Source: Octopus sinensis (Eukaryota). From it: 64,000 nucleotides of DNA. A program made the position numbers and the translations under genes. Numbering within the stretch: position 1 is the first letter of the stretch; each line of letters starts with the position of its first letter. This document shows, piece by piece, positions 39,982-53,406 of this stretch. The notes below the pieces were generated by a model that searched no databases, was not told the origin of the DNA, and saw only the letters and a program-made list of their open reading frames with translations. The stretch covers positions 46,934,001 through 46,998,000 of the forward strand of contig NC_043004.1 of the NCBI RefSeq assembly GCF_006345805.1. Direction: 5' to 3'.

Positions 39982-40192
39982 TTAGATTCAAAGACGTAAA
40001 CGGAATATACTACTGTAAAGAAGCTCACCAAGGAGACACCTGTCATGTCACAAATATAATTAAAAAGCAACGAAGCTGATGATTTAATTTGAGTTCATTA
40101 TGAAATATTAGTGACATTTACGAAGTTATGCGAACTCCTCTTGCCTCACCGCTTTCTTATTTTTTTTTACATAAACGTCATATATATAATAT

Positions 40193-40380
40193 ACGAGGTG
40201 TGGCCAAGAAAATATAGGAGAATCTCTTAATTATGATGTTATACAACACACTCCCCTTCTAGCTTAACACACCGTAGTGGTTCTCCTCTTTTCCTAAGCT
40301 CTCTAAAAGAACATCAGAGGCTGAGCCGTCAACCATGTCATTCGTGATACTCTTAAGGCCATGAACATTGCAGCAGTCCA
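40193..40380. mobile_element. Possible mariner terminal fragment
   Basis: TA-cgaggtgtggccaag resembles mariner TIR starts; no coding motif seen. Confidence 0.3.
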
Positions 40381-41520
40381 TCGTATAAAAATGTGTGTAT
40401 CCGTGTGTGTTAAAGGATAAATAAGAGTTGATTTTATTTTAGTAAATTATAAATGCAGCACGTAATTATAACCTGCAATACCTAGGCAAAAAATTAAGTA
40501 GTTGCTATCAGAACAGATGACATTTCCCGACAGCAGTTAAACAAAATCGGTTACAGACTTATAAACACCTGTGCGATAAAATGTTGATACGAAATGTAAT
40601 ATCGTTTTTGTATCAAACCATCTCACACTGGAAAGGCTTATCTTTTTTCTAAATTAATATTCCATGCATCACAGATAGTATAAATAGAAATTCCTGTGGC
40701 ACTTCTTACGTAACTGCGCAGACTTGGAAAGAGAAAATAAAGAAAAGAGCAAAAAAGGACTTTTCGTAAAAATCAAAAACAAAAAATTAAATCCAAAAAG
40801 GTTCTAAAAAGGAGATTCACAAGAAGCAAATTCCATGAGATAGAAGTCAATAGTTTTTTATTGCTGGAAGATATCTAGCAGAATTTTTCTTTAATAACAA
40901 ATAGGAAATGATTAAGCTATTGTAAGTGCTGCCAAAATGTGCTGCTGAATGCCTCAACATAATGTACATTATGGGGACAAAACAGTTCAATACGGTAATC
41001 CCAAATATCAACAAGTAATTCGAATATGCTAATTTATCTACTACAGCCAAAATAACAGCTATTCAAGATGAAACAATAAATAAATGACAAAAGCATAAAA
41101 ATGTGAATTTTAATAGCGTTGAGTATTTTCCTGTGTGACATTGAAATTTCATGTAAATGAATAATTATACGATTACTTACCAGTAAGATAAAAAGCAGCA
41201 TGTTCGCATGTGATGCCTTCTTCATTACTTGAATGTCCTCGACAAGTGTCAAGTGCGATAAATTTCGTGTAACAAATGTTTGAGAAAAGGTATTTGATAC
41301 AATGAACCAATGTAAAAATTCGCAATGTTTATATAAATACTCGTGCACAGGCAAGAGCAAGCACGCACACATAGACAAACACACATACACTTATTTATAT
41401 ATATCCAGCATCTGTGTGTGTGTGGTAACTGTGTGCATGTGAAAATCATAAATTCCAATGAGTATTGATCTAAATGTAGACGGGCACATGTCCCCGCTTG
41501 CACTTATAATTTATATATAT

Positions 41521-41630
41521 ATCACCGTGACCGACCAGGCTATCAGATATTGCTACATATCGCTGGTCACAATGCGTTTCGCATTGTTTTAACCTTTAAA
41601 TGACGCCATCCCGCTGGCTAAGCGAGCAGG

Positions 41631-41634
<4 letters not shown>
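41521..41634 (-). mobile_element. Stand-alone tail-Z module between (TA)n tracts
   Basis: Reverse complement matches 23871-23984 end to end. Confidence 0.88.
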
Positions 41635-41716
<82 letters not shown>

Positions 41717-41747
41717 ATATGTACATACATATACATATATATATTAT

Positions 41748-41796
<49 letters not shown>

Positions 41797-42017
41797 ATTT
41801 AAAAAAAGGAGATGTCGAACACGAGTGGTGATATATAAAAAAGGGAAATGAAGAAAATGCTGACAAATAATTGAAGTAATTTAAGTAATTTAATTAGGTG
41901 AAAGTTCTTTTTACCGGTTGCGCATTTGTTATGCTTATCAAAATATAAAAGAGAGATTAGAGTTCCTTTCTTATATAATTTTTCCTCTTATCTCTTATAT
42001 ATATATATATATATATC

Positions 42018-42345
42018 TTAGGGAGATGTAATTGCATAGAAAGTGACTTGATCAACGACTGTGTGGTGATACAAAAACAATTGCAGCATGGAAGGTGTTT
42101 ATAAGTCATTTAAAAACATTCAAAAGCCGTTAGATTAACTTCAACATTGAAATTTAATTTGTATAAAATATTTCCGTCGCATTGAAACCGTGACCTGTTT
42201 ACTGATAAAATTTCGTGGTGCATCTCGAAATTTTGTCAGTGAACGGGTTGCGGTTTCAAAACGACGTAAATCTTTTGGCGCAAATTAAATTTAAATATTC
42301 TGGTGTATCTAACGGTTTTTTCGCTGCAACTGTGTTTTATATATA
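42018..42345 (+). mobile_element. Hairpin-type dispersed repeat, family of 23134-23402
   Basis: ggagatgtaattgcatag head; arms ccgttagat..ctgataaaatttcg / cgaaattttgtcag..atctaacgg. Confidence 0.75.
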
Positions 42346-42553
42346 TATATATTACTGATATGTAGCAGAAGTAACAGCGAGTCAGGGTTCGAGAATATCG
42401 TGTGTTGTCACTTATCAAGGTACCAACGCAGGAAACTATCAGGTCTTGAGTAACTATGTTGCTTTCGTTAAATATTAATAAAAATAAACATGTACTCATA
42501 TTTTGGGTTTTTATTTTGCTCTTTGCACCAACATATATATATACATATATATA

Positions 42554-42657
<104 letters not shown>

Positions 42658-42679
42658 ATTATTATTATTATTATTATTT

Positions 42680-42938
42680 GGAGGCGCAATGGCCCAGTGG
42701 TTAGGGCAGCGGACTCGCGGTCGAGGATCGCATTTGCGATTCCCAGACCGGGTGTTGTGTGTGTTTATTGAGCGAAAAAACAACTAAAAGCTCCACGAGG
42801 CTCCGTCAGGGGTGGGGGCCTATTGTACTCTTTCGCCAAAACTTTCTCTCACCCTGTCTTCCTGTTTCTTGAGTAACGCTGAGATGGACTGACGTCCCGT
42901 CCAGCTGGGGGGAACATACGCCACAGAAACCGGGAAAC
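42680..42938 (+). mobile_element. SINE with head A and tail Y (V-domain-like gatggactgacgtcccgtccag)
   Basis: Head as at 8207; tail shared with 55648-55871(-). Confidence 0.85.
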
Positions 42939-43392
42939 ACACACACACACACACACACGGACGCACGCGTACACATATATACGTGCATACATACATAGCT
43001 AAGTACGTACGTATATACAGATTTACTAATACTTAACGAGGATATAACTTCGAATAACTTCGAATTTTCCACCAACTAATACAGCATCGGACGGTGAAGC
43101 ATAAAGTTTATCTTGGTCTGAAATAGATTCCACTGTGGTTTCTGTGATTCTTTTCATTGGTAATTAGGTTTTAAGGCTGATTGTGATGGAGAGGTGTGCT
43201 AGAGAAATTTTAATTAATTTGTTTTTGCCTCATTCTATTTTTTGGAAGTTATTCATGCGTGTAAAACTTTCTAAATAATGTTTATATCTTTAGTTATATC
43301 AGCTCCAGCTCAGGAGATTTTTGGACAAAATGTTCACAAAATTGAAGTAGGTAGAGGGATGCTTATTCAGCGTACGTGTCATTAGGAATTTT

Positions 43393-43808
43393 GGATCTTT
43401 TCGGTTTGAACGGCAGTTTTTAACATAATTTCTAGGTAACTAAAAAATTTAGAACTCCGTATACTGGTAGAATGTGTTTATAAAACATCTTTTTCTCTTG
43501 GCTTTATTGGGAAGATTCTATAGTTTGTAAGATATTTGTTTTGTTTTTCTTCTATTTCTGCAATTTCAACCAATCAGTGACGTCTATTGAGTTACAAAGT
43601 ATTCTGTGCCGTATGAATATGTCCCTCGTTTAAGGAACATATTGGGTTTGTTTACATTTGTGAAGAAAAAATACCCTTCCCCCCATCCCTGACCCTAACC
43701 CTAACTAACCCTAACCCTAAAAGATATTGAAATGCAATAGATCGATTCTAGGGTGACAATTTCATATGACACCGCTAGAAAAAACTGACGTTCAAACCGA
43801 AAAGATCC
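43393..43808 (+). mobile_element. MITE with TIR GGATCTTTTCGGTTTGAACG(G)CAGTTTT, internal CCCTAA repeats and 8-bp TSD
   Basis: TIRs at both ends; flanks ggaatttt / ggaattct. Confidence 0.9.
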
Positions 43809-44699
43809 GGAATTCTTTATAGTTTTTCTTTTATTGAATTTAATATTTACTTTGGCAATATACATTTCAAAGACCAACATTTAGTCTAGCATTTGAAAAC
43901 CTAGTAACTATGTGTGTCAGCTCTTATTTTCTGTAATTTTATTTTTAGAGCAGCACAAGATAATATTAATAGGAGGTATGTGTTTTGCAGGTCAATAAGT
44001 TCCTTTACACGTTATTTAGCATGTTTCCTGTTTATATTTGAAAGTTGTATGCTTTTAGTCGAGCATATCAAGGTGTTGCTTATATGGAAACTTACTTATC
44101 GTGTGCTTTGATGTTTACAAGAAGATATGGGTAGGTCTAAACGTCGTTCTCTCTAGGGGTTCGTTGTTCTATAAGAAATAGGATAAATTTATAGAAATTT
44201 TAACCGCTGTGCCGTATGTGTATATAGAAATTTCTTAACTTCTGTTTCACCTAGACTCTTACTCTTTTACTCTATTTTACTTGTTTCAGTCATTTTAACT
44301 GCGGCCATGCTGCAACACCGCCTTTACAATGGGCATTATATAATATATTATGTTATGCCTACGGATATATGTGAAAATGGGGTATTGTAAGTAACTGCGT
44401 ATGTGCTCATGTGTAAAAATAGGAATGAAAATATAATTCAATTTTCAAATAAGTCTAAATATTAACAAATTTAAAACATTTTCAGATATTAAATTTAAAA
44501 AAAGGGAATGAAAAACAAAAGCATCCTTTTCTTGTTTGCATAAATATATGTTTATCTGATGTACGACTTATGTAGAAAATATTTGGGTGAGATATTTGAT
44601 GGAGATTTGGGAAGTCGTAGATAATTGTTAAGCTCTTGGTTTCTCTGAAGCCGTAAAAAAATTCGTATGTAGATGGTGAAGATATTTTACGGTAAAGAT

Positions 44700-45540
44700 A
44701 AATAGAGAGAAGCGGGCGAGATATTTTAAGTGGTTAGAAAATTCTATTGGTTTCAAATAGTTTTGTCTTTATTACTTTTTATCTCTGATATTTCTTAGTT
44801 CTCAGTGTCGGTTAAGAATTTGGCTCTACAATATGAAAATATGGTACAAGGCTGGAATGATTTGCTGTTACCGTGTTGTGGAAGTACGTGTGAGAGTATT
44901 TTCAAAATGATGCTAATCAATGTACTTTTGATTTTAATGTCCGTATAAGTTTCGATAGTCATGGATCCTTTTCTAGTTTGGGTTACGAAACGTGTGCGTA
45001 TGTTGGTTGTATTTTGGCTGAAAATAGTTTGCTGTAGATCCTATATATTTAGAGATAATAGTTGGTGTCGTATTCCTGGTCACTGTTGTGTTAGGAGCAA
45101 TATTAGTTAAAATGGGGAAGGATAAATTTTTTTCTACAAATGAATTGTCATTATGTTATATGGTTTAGATTTGTAGTTTTAGAAGTTCTTTTTCGTTTAA
45201 TATGGGAGATTTGTTGTTTATAGCCGCTATTACTGAGAGATCATTATATGGAGCTGCTATATATTACTTTTCCTTTTGAAGACAAAAAAACCGTATTAGA
45301 AATATGTTCTTTGCTAAATTCTTTTACGAAAGAACACTTTTGTGGTAGTTGCATTGCCTATGTGTGAAGCGAAGGAATTCGTCATATTTCCTATACAGTT
45401 TATAGACACTGGATCCTAGGCCGAGGGTAACAGGTAGGATGCTGACGGACTTTAGAGGTTTTCTACCTATGATGTAGTCCTTTCCTAAAATGTGTATTCT
45501 TTGTAGGTTGTAGTTTCATAGTAGGAGTAGATCATCTCCC
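44700..45540 (-). mobile_element. Decayed Penelope-like element, GIY-YIG endonuclease region
   Basis: Minus strand KVIYSSS..SVIAAINNK (linker) and SKYIGSTANYFQPKYNQHTHTFRNP (YIG..R..H motif of PLE GIY-YIG). Confidence 0.7.
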
Positions 45541-45879
45541 CTTTATAAACATAACTTAGAGAATAATATTTTAGAGAATAATAAAATTTTTCTCTACAAA
45601 CGCATGGACTAATCGCTCACTTTAATGTAAAATCGATGATACATAATTGTTTCTGTACCAACTTTGTTTTCAACGCCAGTTCGCGTTAGAGATCCAAATA
45701 AAATATTTAAAAATCGCTGATATTTGCGAGTGGACGATAATGTTGTTATATATACCCTATATAAGTGTGTGTCTCTGTGTGTGTGCATGTTTGTGTGCGT
45801 GAGTATGTGTCTGTGCTTGTGTGTGTGTGTGTGTTTGTGAGTGAGTGCATACATACAAATAGATCGGTCGATCAATACA

Positions 45880-46014
45880 TTGACAGACAGACAGACAGAC
45901 AGAGAGAGGGATAGACAGATATACAGACAGATGAACAGATACGCAGAGAGATGGACGGACAGACAGGCAGGCAGACAGAGAGAGAGGCATACAAACAGAC
46001 AGACAGACAAACAT

Positions 46015-46062
<48 letters not shown>

Positions 46063-46131
46063 CTGGATAGATAGACATATAGATAGCTAGATAGATAGAT
46101 AAATATATAGACAGACAGACAGACAGACAGC

Positions 46132-46184
<53 letters not shown>

Positions 46185-46287
46185 TGATTGATTGATAGAT
46201 AGATAGATAGATATATAGATAGATAGATATACAGATAGATAGACAAATAGGTAGATAGACAGATAGATCGATAGATAGATAGATAGG

Positions 46288-46378
<91 letters not shown>

Positions 46379-46385
46379 GTAGATA
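45880..46385. repeat. (GACA)n/(GATA)n microsatellite
   Basis: Direct reading. Confidence 0.95.
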
Positions 46386-46876
46386 TAGACATTCGTATAA
46401 TATAATTACAATAAATACGGAGATTAGTACATACGCATATTTTGTTTTCTTATTTCTGAAGTCTATTACACGCCGTATTAGATATGAATTTATCCCATGC
46501 ATGCTTCTGCTGCATAGGCACCTCGTAATTAAATTTGCATTCATTTAGTTTCGATTGGTAATTAGACTATACACAAATAACATCCTACGAATTGGTCTGT
46601 AGCAACGTCACATACACATATACGTTGAGGTTTGTACAGTCTCCCTCTATGATATCCACTGATGTAGCTTTGCTCAGTCCGAGGGTACAAAAGAAGACAC
46701 CTCCCTAAGGTGCCACGTAGCACGCCTAGACCACCCCACACACACACACACACACTCGAAAGCCACTTTATCGTATGCAAAGTACGTCTGCGCCTGCACG
46801 TTTATATGTACGTATCTGTATATGTATATATATGATATATACGTGTGTGTGTGAGAGAGAGAAAGAGACAGAGAGT

Positions 46877-46912
<36 letters not shown>

Positions 46913-47591
46913 GTGTGTATCAGATTTTCAGCAGGGTGACATCACTCGAATTCTAAGGCAATGTGAAGCTTATTGTGACCAGCGATGTATAATTTCTTAT
47001 AATATAGTTGACACATTTATTTTCTCTCTCCGTATTTTTCTCTTCATTTTTTTCCATCACAATCCTTTCTGTCGAAAAACGTAAGCTCGAATCGTCAAAG
47101 ACTTTTCCCTTCTTCTCGAACGTAAAAACTAACGTTGTTCCCTCGAATGTCTTAGTCTTTTATTTCTTGTAAATTTCAACTGTGAGTGTGTATATCTGTG
47201 TCTGTGTGTACGCATGCATTTATATATGTACGTATTAGAAACTAAAGAACGAGGGAATAACTTGGTAGACTTTACTCCGATCGATCCCTATCGTTCAGCA
47301 TTGGGCAACACATGAGGTCGCCCCTTTAGAAGCAGACAGTACATACAGCTTATATGCAGTTTATGAAGCAGCAACCAAACTTGTGATGGAGGAGGTAGGT
47401 GGACGAAACGAGATAACTACAAAGGGAAATGGTATTTGCCAGGGGCTGGTGTGGAACAAATGTGATTTACTTTACTTGAGCACATGAGATGAAGGACACA
47501 GAGCTGATAGCATTTGGCAAGACAAATGTGTACCTACATACATAGATAAGACCCTGTCTGTGTGTGTGTGTATGTGTAGATGTGTGGATGT

Positions 47592-47639
<48 letters not shown>

Positions 47640-48188
47640 TATAAAAACAGACGAATAACTTACGAGTTAAGGAATTAAATTAAGCAATTTATTTAGAATA
47701 TATACTTTCCAAAGCTAGTAGGTACATTATATATTGGTGACGGTTACATCTTTCTTCATATAATATTACTATATTTCGGGGTATTTCAAATTAAATAACG
47801 TAATTAATTTAATGGTGTTAAGATATGAATTTGGTGATAGTATACTAAGCATTAATATTAATATAATTGAGTTAAATTCCTAACATATATGCATCTTATA
47901 CAGAACCCTTTCAGCTAGACTAGACTTTCCTGGCTGAATAATAACTTCGGTTTTGCATTCGACTTTCAAGTTTCATGATGTAAACCCGTGTGCTAAAACT
48001 GATTTTTGTCGTATCCCGGAACAACTGACTAACTGATTAAACGAATGGTTAATCACTTAGGTGGATCAATAGTTATCTAATTGACGGATTCTAAACAAGA
48101 ATATTGAACCAGTGCTTTTGTTTGTTGTTGGTATAACAACCCTGATGTGATGCCGCAATATTACCCTTTTATATGAGAAGGTTTTAGT

Positions 48189-48489
48189 AAGGCGCGTGGC
48201 TTAGGGGTTAGGTCTTTCGGCTTGGGATCGCAAGGTATGAGTTTCAATTCCCGACGACGCGTTGTTTCCTTGGGCAAGACACTTTATTTTACTTTGTTCC
48301 AGTCTACTCGACTTCAAAAAATGAGTAGTACCCGTAATCCAAAGGGCCAGTCTTGTCACGCCGAATCTCCTTGAGAACTACATTAAACTTACAAATTTCT
48401 GTGGAGTGCTAAGCCACTTGCAAACTAATATCATGAGTAGGCTTTTCTGATCATCTGGAACCCGCGTCGTCGTAACCGACAGAGTGCCA
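48189..48489 (+). mobile_element. SINE with head B (CORE-like ccttgggcaagacacttt) and tail X
   Basis: Head aaggcgcgtggcttag..tcaattccc; tail gagaactac..gtcgtcgtaaccgacagagtgc shared with 8207-8577. Confidence 0.8.
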
Positions 48490-49379
48490 GTTATATAAGA
48501 ATGTCATAGTGAAATACGTGCAATACTTCAAAGGTGATATGTTGTCTAAAAAATATATATGTAATTGTGCGTGTCTGTGTCTGTGATTTTTCTCAGATTT
48601 CTTTTATATTAATCACTTGCTCCATTATTTCTTGTCCAATATAACTCGCAATTTAGAACATCATGCGGAGACCCTTACACAATGAATAGTTGCATATAAA
48701 TAGTGAAAGTAGAACTCTCTATCTAGAAATCAGAATATAGATTTCTATAATGTTGCCCATCTACATTGTAACAGTTGCCATAATTTATTAGTTATTTCTT
48801 TTCCTTTGTTGTCTATTAAATAGATGTTTTTACAGACATTCGTACCGATCATGAAGCAAATTTAAACTTAATATACGAAGCAATTGTAAGCGAAAATAAA
48901 TGCAGACTCGTAGGTATGTTCATTACTTTTCGGTATATAAGTATTAAGTCTCAAATCTTATAGTATACAACATAAAACATTGCTTTACCTATGAATGATC
49001 AACGTATGTTACGAACCATGACTTGTAGAAAAAGAAATAAAATGATCTTTGATCTCTTTGAATAGCATGATCAATGCTATTATATATTCGAATTCTGAGA
49101 CATTAAATATATTTTCATATTTTCACTTCCATTCAGAAGTGAACTTATCCATTAACTAGAACGATTTTATTTTTGATGTTTGATATTTGACGCTTTCTAG
49201 AGTTGTAGTATCACTGTATCGGTTGCCATATTTATGTTTTCGTATTTATGTATGTATGTATGTATGTATGTATGTATATATGTATGTATGTGTGCGTGTA
49301 TGTATGCATGCTTGTCTGTATGCACGCATGTATGAATTTATGCATGAATTCATGTACGTATGTATCTATGCATCTATGT

Positions 49380-49525
49380 TTGAATGGTTTCAAAATTTGG
49401 CACAAGGCCAGCGATTTTAAAGGAGGCAGGTATGTCGATTTCTTCGACCCCAATGCTACAATATTACTTGTTTTATCGTCCACCAAAGAACGAACAACGA
49501 AAACGACCGCAGCCGGATTTACATC
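49380..49525 (-). mobile_element. Degenerate SINE body and tail related to the 3208 family
   Basis: gtcgatttcttcgaccccaatgc..tacttgttttatcg is the reverse complement of the family body. Confidence 0.55.
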
Positions 49526-49550
49526 AAGAATGTTTTGTCGGAAGAAATGC

Positions 49551-49990
49551 AGATCTTTTCGGTTTGAACGGCAGTTTTTAACATAATTTCTAGGTAACTA
49601 AAAAATTTTAAACTTCGTATACTGGTAGAATGTGTTTATAAAACATCTTTTTCTCTGGGCTTTATTGAGAAAATTCTATATTTTGTAAGATATTTGTTGT
49701 TTTTTTTTTCTTCAATTCCTGCAATTTCAACCAATCACTGACGTCTATTGAGGTAAAAAACATTCTGTGCCGTATGAATATGTCCCTCGTGTAAGAAATA
49801 GTTTGGGTTTATATACATTTGAGAAGAAAAAAAGATACCCTTCCCCCACCCCTAACACTAACCTTAACCCTAACTAATCCTAACCCTAAAACAGATTGAA
49901 ATGCAATATATCGATACTAGGGTCAAAATTATGGGGGACAATTTCATATGACACGGCTAGAAAAAACTGCCGTTCAAACCGAAATGATCC
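49551..49990 (+). mobile_element. MITE, GGATC-TIR family
   Basis: Both TIRs present; flanks agaaatgc / acaaatgt (6 of 8 identical). Confidence 0.9.
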
Positions 49991-52900
49991 ACAAATGTCA
50001 CTAAACATATAGTTTGACGTGCTAACTACTGTCACTGTCCACCTTAGGTGTTTGTGTGTGTGCGCGGGCGTGTATATGTATGTATACAATTTATTTTACA
50101 GACAAATAAACATGGAATATACATCTATAAGTACACCCACATCATTATCGGTGAAAGAAAAGACGAACATCAAGTTTAAAGTTAATTGTTATTAATCAAA
50201 ATGAGTTTTGACAAGTGATAGGTTTGTAATTTGAACCCATCTTAAAATTTGAGAGGCGATATTACAGGAAAGGTTTATTTAATATGTGCTATGAAAAGGA
50301 ATTGCAATGATAAACATTCGTATATATTTTGGTTATTCTATTTAGAAATGCTCATTATTAAAAAATGTATTTCATATCGTATTCGATAAAATGTAAAAAA
50401 TAAAATGTTTGTAAGCCTTCAGTGTTTAGCGTCAGTGTTATAACATGGGAACATAGATCTCTCTCAAGCATTGTTTTAAAAACAAGGTGATGTTGTTTGA
50501 TCCTAGATAACGTACTTTTCAAAGCCAGTATCATTTCGCCTCTTGATATATAAATTTCCCAGATTATATTGCATGTTAGCGCGCAAAGCAGACAAGAGCA
50601 TGTGATTCGTTGGTGATTTCCCCTAACAAACGTCCACAAAAATAGTTCATGTAGAACATATTCATACATATAACAACCTATCAATAGATTGCCAATTATT
50701 ATTACATATGTTTATTTTCCATTTAGCACCGCTCAAGGACATCGCTGGTCACGTATGTAAACAAAATTTCATATTCCATCATTATTTGCAAAATAATTTT
50801 ATTCTACAATGTTTACGACTACAAAGTGAGCTGTGAAGGAAGTATAGGTAGTACTTCTAGCAGATGGACAATCACGTTCACGTTGCTTAAATGGCATAAT
50901 GCCTTAAAAAGATGTCTAATTATTACCAGCCGTCTTTGTCATTTGAAGTACGAACCCGCAAAACAGTGATAGCTTTTGCCGAATATATCATATATCTTAT
51001 TACTATGATATACCTTAACCTCTATAAGTGGTAGATGAAATCTTACTTTTTGCCTAAAGCAGTAAATTATTACTGAATTATAGCGTTCTCTCTTCCGTTA
51101 TTTATTTAATATTTATGATTTCCATCTTACTGTATAGTGATATAGTATTCTTATCATTTATGGAGAATAATGAAGTAGATAACAACACGAACGACTATAT
51201 TCAGGCTAATCCAAATGGAACTTAATGGGAACTGAAAAAGAATTAGTGCACTATTCGCTTCCCCATTTCACACAAGAACACTGAGTAGGTTTGAGTAAAA
51301 AGAAAAAAAAATACATACAAAATCTGTCATGATTTTACAAAACAATTTGACATTCATCACTAGCGAAAAGGCAAAGTGAAATTATGAAGGCAAAATTACC
51401 TGTAACTATGACGGGCACCTGTGCATCTGTTGAAGCAGTAACGATATACTGAAGATATTAACATTTGTCACGTCATGTAACATTGAATTATTCCTTAACG
51501 GTAACCAGTTAATACTTGAGACATACTTATATTCAGCATCGCCCCAGAACTCTGAAGTAGATAAGCTGTAACATATATGTAGTAGGCAATTAAAATGTAG
51601 ACAACCATATTTTCACTTGATTTTCGATTTTCTGCTACGGAACAACACATTCAAGAAAGAAGGTCAAAATCGCTAACTACACTCATAATACACAAGCAGT
51701 TACGCAATTTTTCATTACGAATGTACAGAACAAGTTAAGGATTACGTAATTCATTCGAGCAACTTCAAGATAAGTTGCCATTAACGTTCTTCCGAAATCT
51801 CGTATTTTCCTCAGAATATATCTGACATAGAACGCATTACATTTTATAGCTTCACAACATACTTTCACCCATATTCTTTACACTTTATATTATCAAATAT
51901 CTACATTTGTGAGCTCTGTAACAAAATATATACGAATGAACTTACAAGAGACGCATCTATCTTAGTCTTCCCTCTAAGTAGTTATCCTTAACTCAGTGTA
52001 ATACAATTTAAAAGACTGGTATTTCATTTAATTTATTTTTGAATGTCTGAATTATTTTCACCAGTCTTCCCGAAGGGAAGTAAGCAACGTTGGCTGACAT
52101 CGTCAGTAAAAAAGTGAATATGATCAATATAATGAAATATCTAGTGAATCATTCAGAAGAAACCGTTGCCTTGTAATTTCCTGAAGATGTCACTTAAATA
52201 ATATTTTTAAAATATATATATAAACTTTTTCTCAATGTTTTAAAATATTTTCATGATTTTAGCGTCTTTTAACTGAACGTTTGAAATAGAGATTATATGA
52301 AATTTTCCGTAGATGAAATCGCTGGCTGGATATAAATTTCAATGACATTTTTGTGGATGAAGCTCATTATGATAGTGTGTATGGTAGTACCATAACCTCA
52401 CTTTTATAATGGAACTGACACAGATCATTTATCCATAGATTGTGGCTGAAATAACGCATTGATTGACTTCATTCAAACTAGGTTAAAGTTTTGGTATTAT
52501 AATTGTTATTGGCTTTTCGGTATATATGAAATAATTTTTGTTTAATTTTCACATCTTGCCATATTTATAATTCACTGTGGCGTAATGAAGGTAAACGATA
52601 GATATTCCATTTTCAACCATAATCAAACGATCTCAGCTATAAGAATCCAGCCTATAACTCGATATACATTTAACTCTTTGAATTTGACAGACTAACATTT
52701 GTTGAGCGATTCGCATCAGTAAATTAGCGTCACGTATTAATCAGTAAATTAGTGTCACGTATTAATCATCCCCATAAGGACGAGAAGCCATCAATAAGGA
52801 CGAGAAGCTTAACAAAGTATTACAGCGTATCACATTTCTACAGTATGGAGACATAGAGCAAGTGGTAGAATCTCTTCCAGAAAATTTTCCATCAAAACTA

Positions 52901-53153
52901 AAAGAGTGTTTACACATTGGTGAACTTACATTTTAAATCCCCACGAAGATAAACTTTGTGAAAGCAACATCAATGATCTACTCGAATGTACTGGTATCTG
53001 TAATCTGATGTAGATTATACAAATCAGTTTGTGTAGAATATAAATCCATTTACTGAACAGGCGTCCATTCTCCCTTGAGAGTGGAAAAGGCCTTCTTGTG
53101 TCGGGAAGTTATGTTTAAATTATCTTTAAATTGCAAGCTTGATTTCCCGTAAG

Positions 53154-53205
<52 letters not shown>

Positions 53206-53207
53206 AG

Positions 53208-53406
53208 TTAATCCAAACATGAAAACACAAAGAGAAAACACAACAACGCGAGGACGTGAAACAAATATAGTATTATTGGACGCTCAGGAAGGAAGGGAAG
53301 AAGGAGGGTCTTACGTTACGAGCGGAGCTCTTCGTCAGAAACATAGGAAAAGGAAAGATCCAGGGAAGGGAAGACGGAGGAAACAAATCGCCAACGGTAC
53401 ACACGC
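53208..53406 (-). mobile_element. Short (TA)n-adjacent PLE-like repeat carrying a hammerhead motif
   Basis: Same architecture as 7317-7506: HHR, then about 100 nt, then (TA)n. Confidence 0.55.
53308..53344 (-). ncRNA. Minimal type I hammerhead with A13U core mutation
   Basis: guuu-CUGACGA-a gagc ucc gcuc-GUA-ACGU-A-agac. Confidence 0.6.

Noticed and set aside
43690-43720. (CCCTAA)n as a telomere or chromosome-fusion scar
   Set aside because: Only 2-4 units, always at the same place inside MITE copies.
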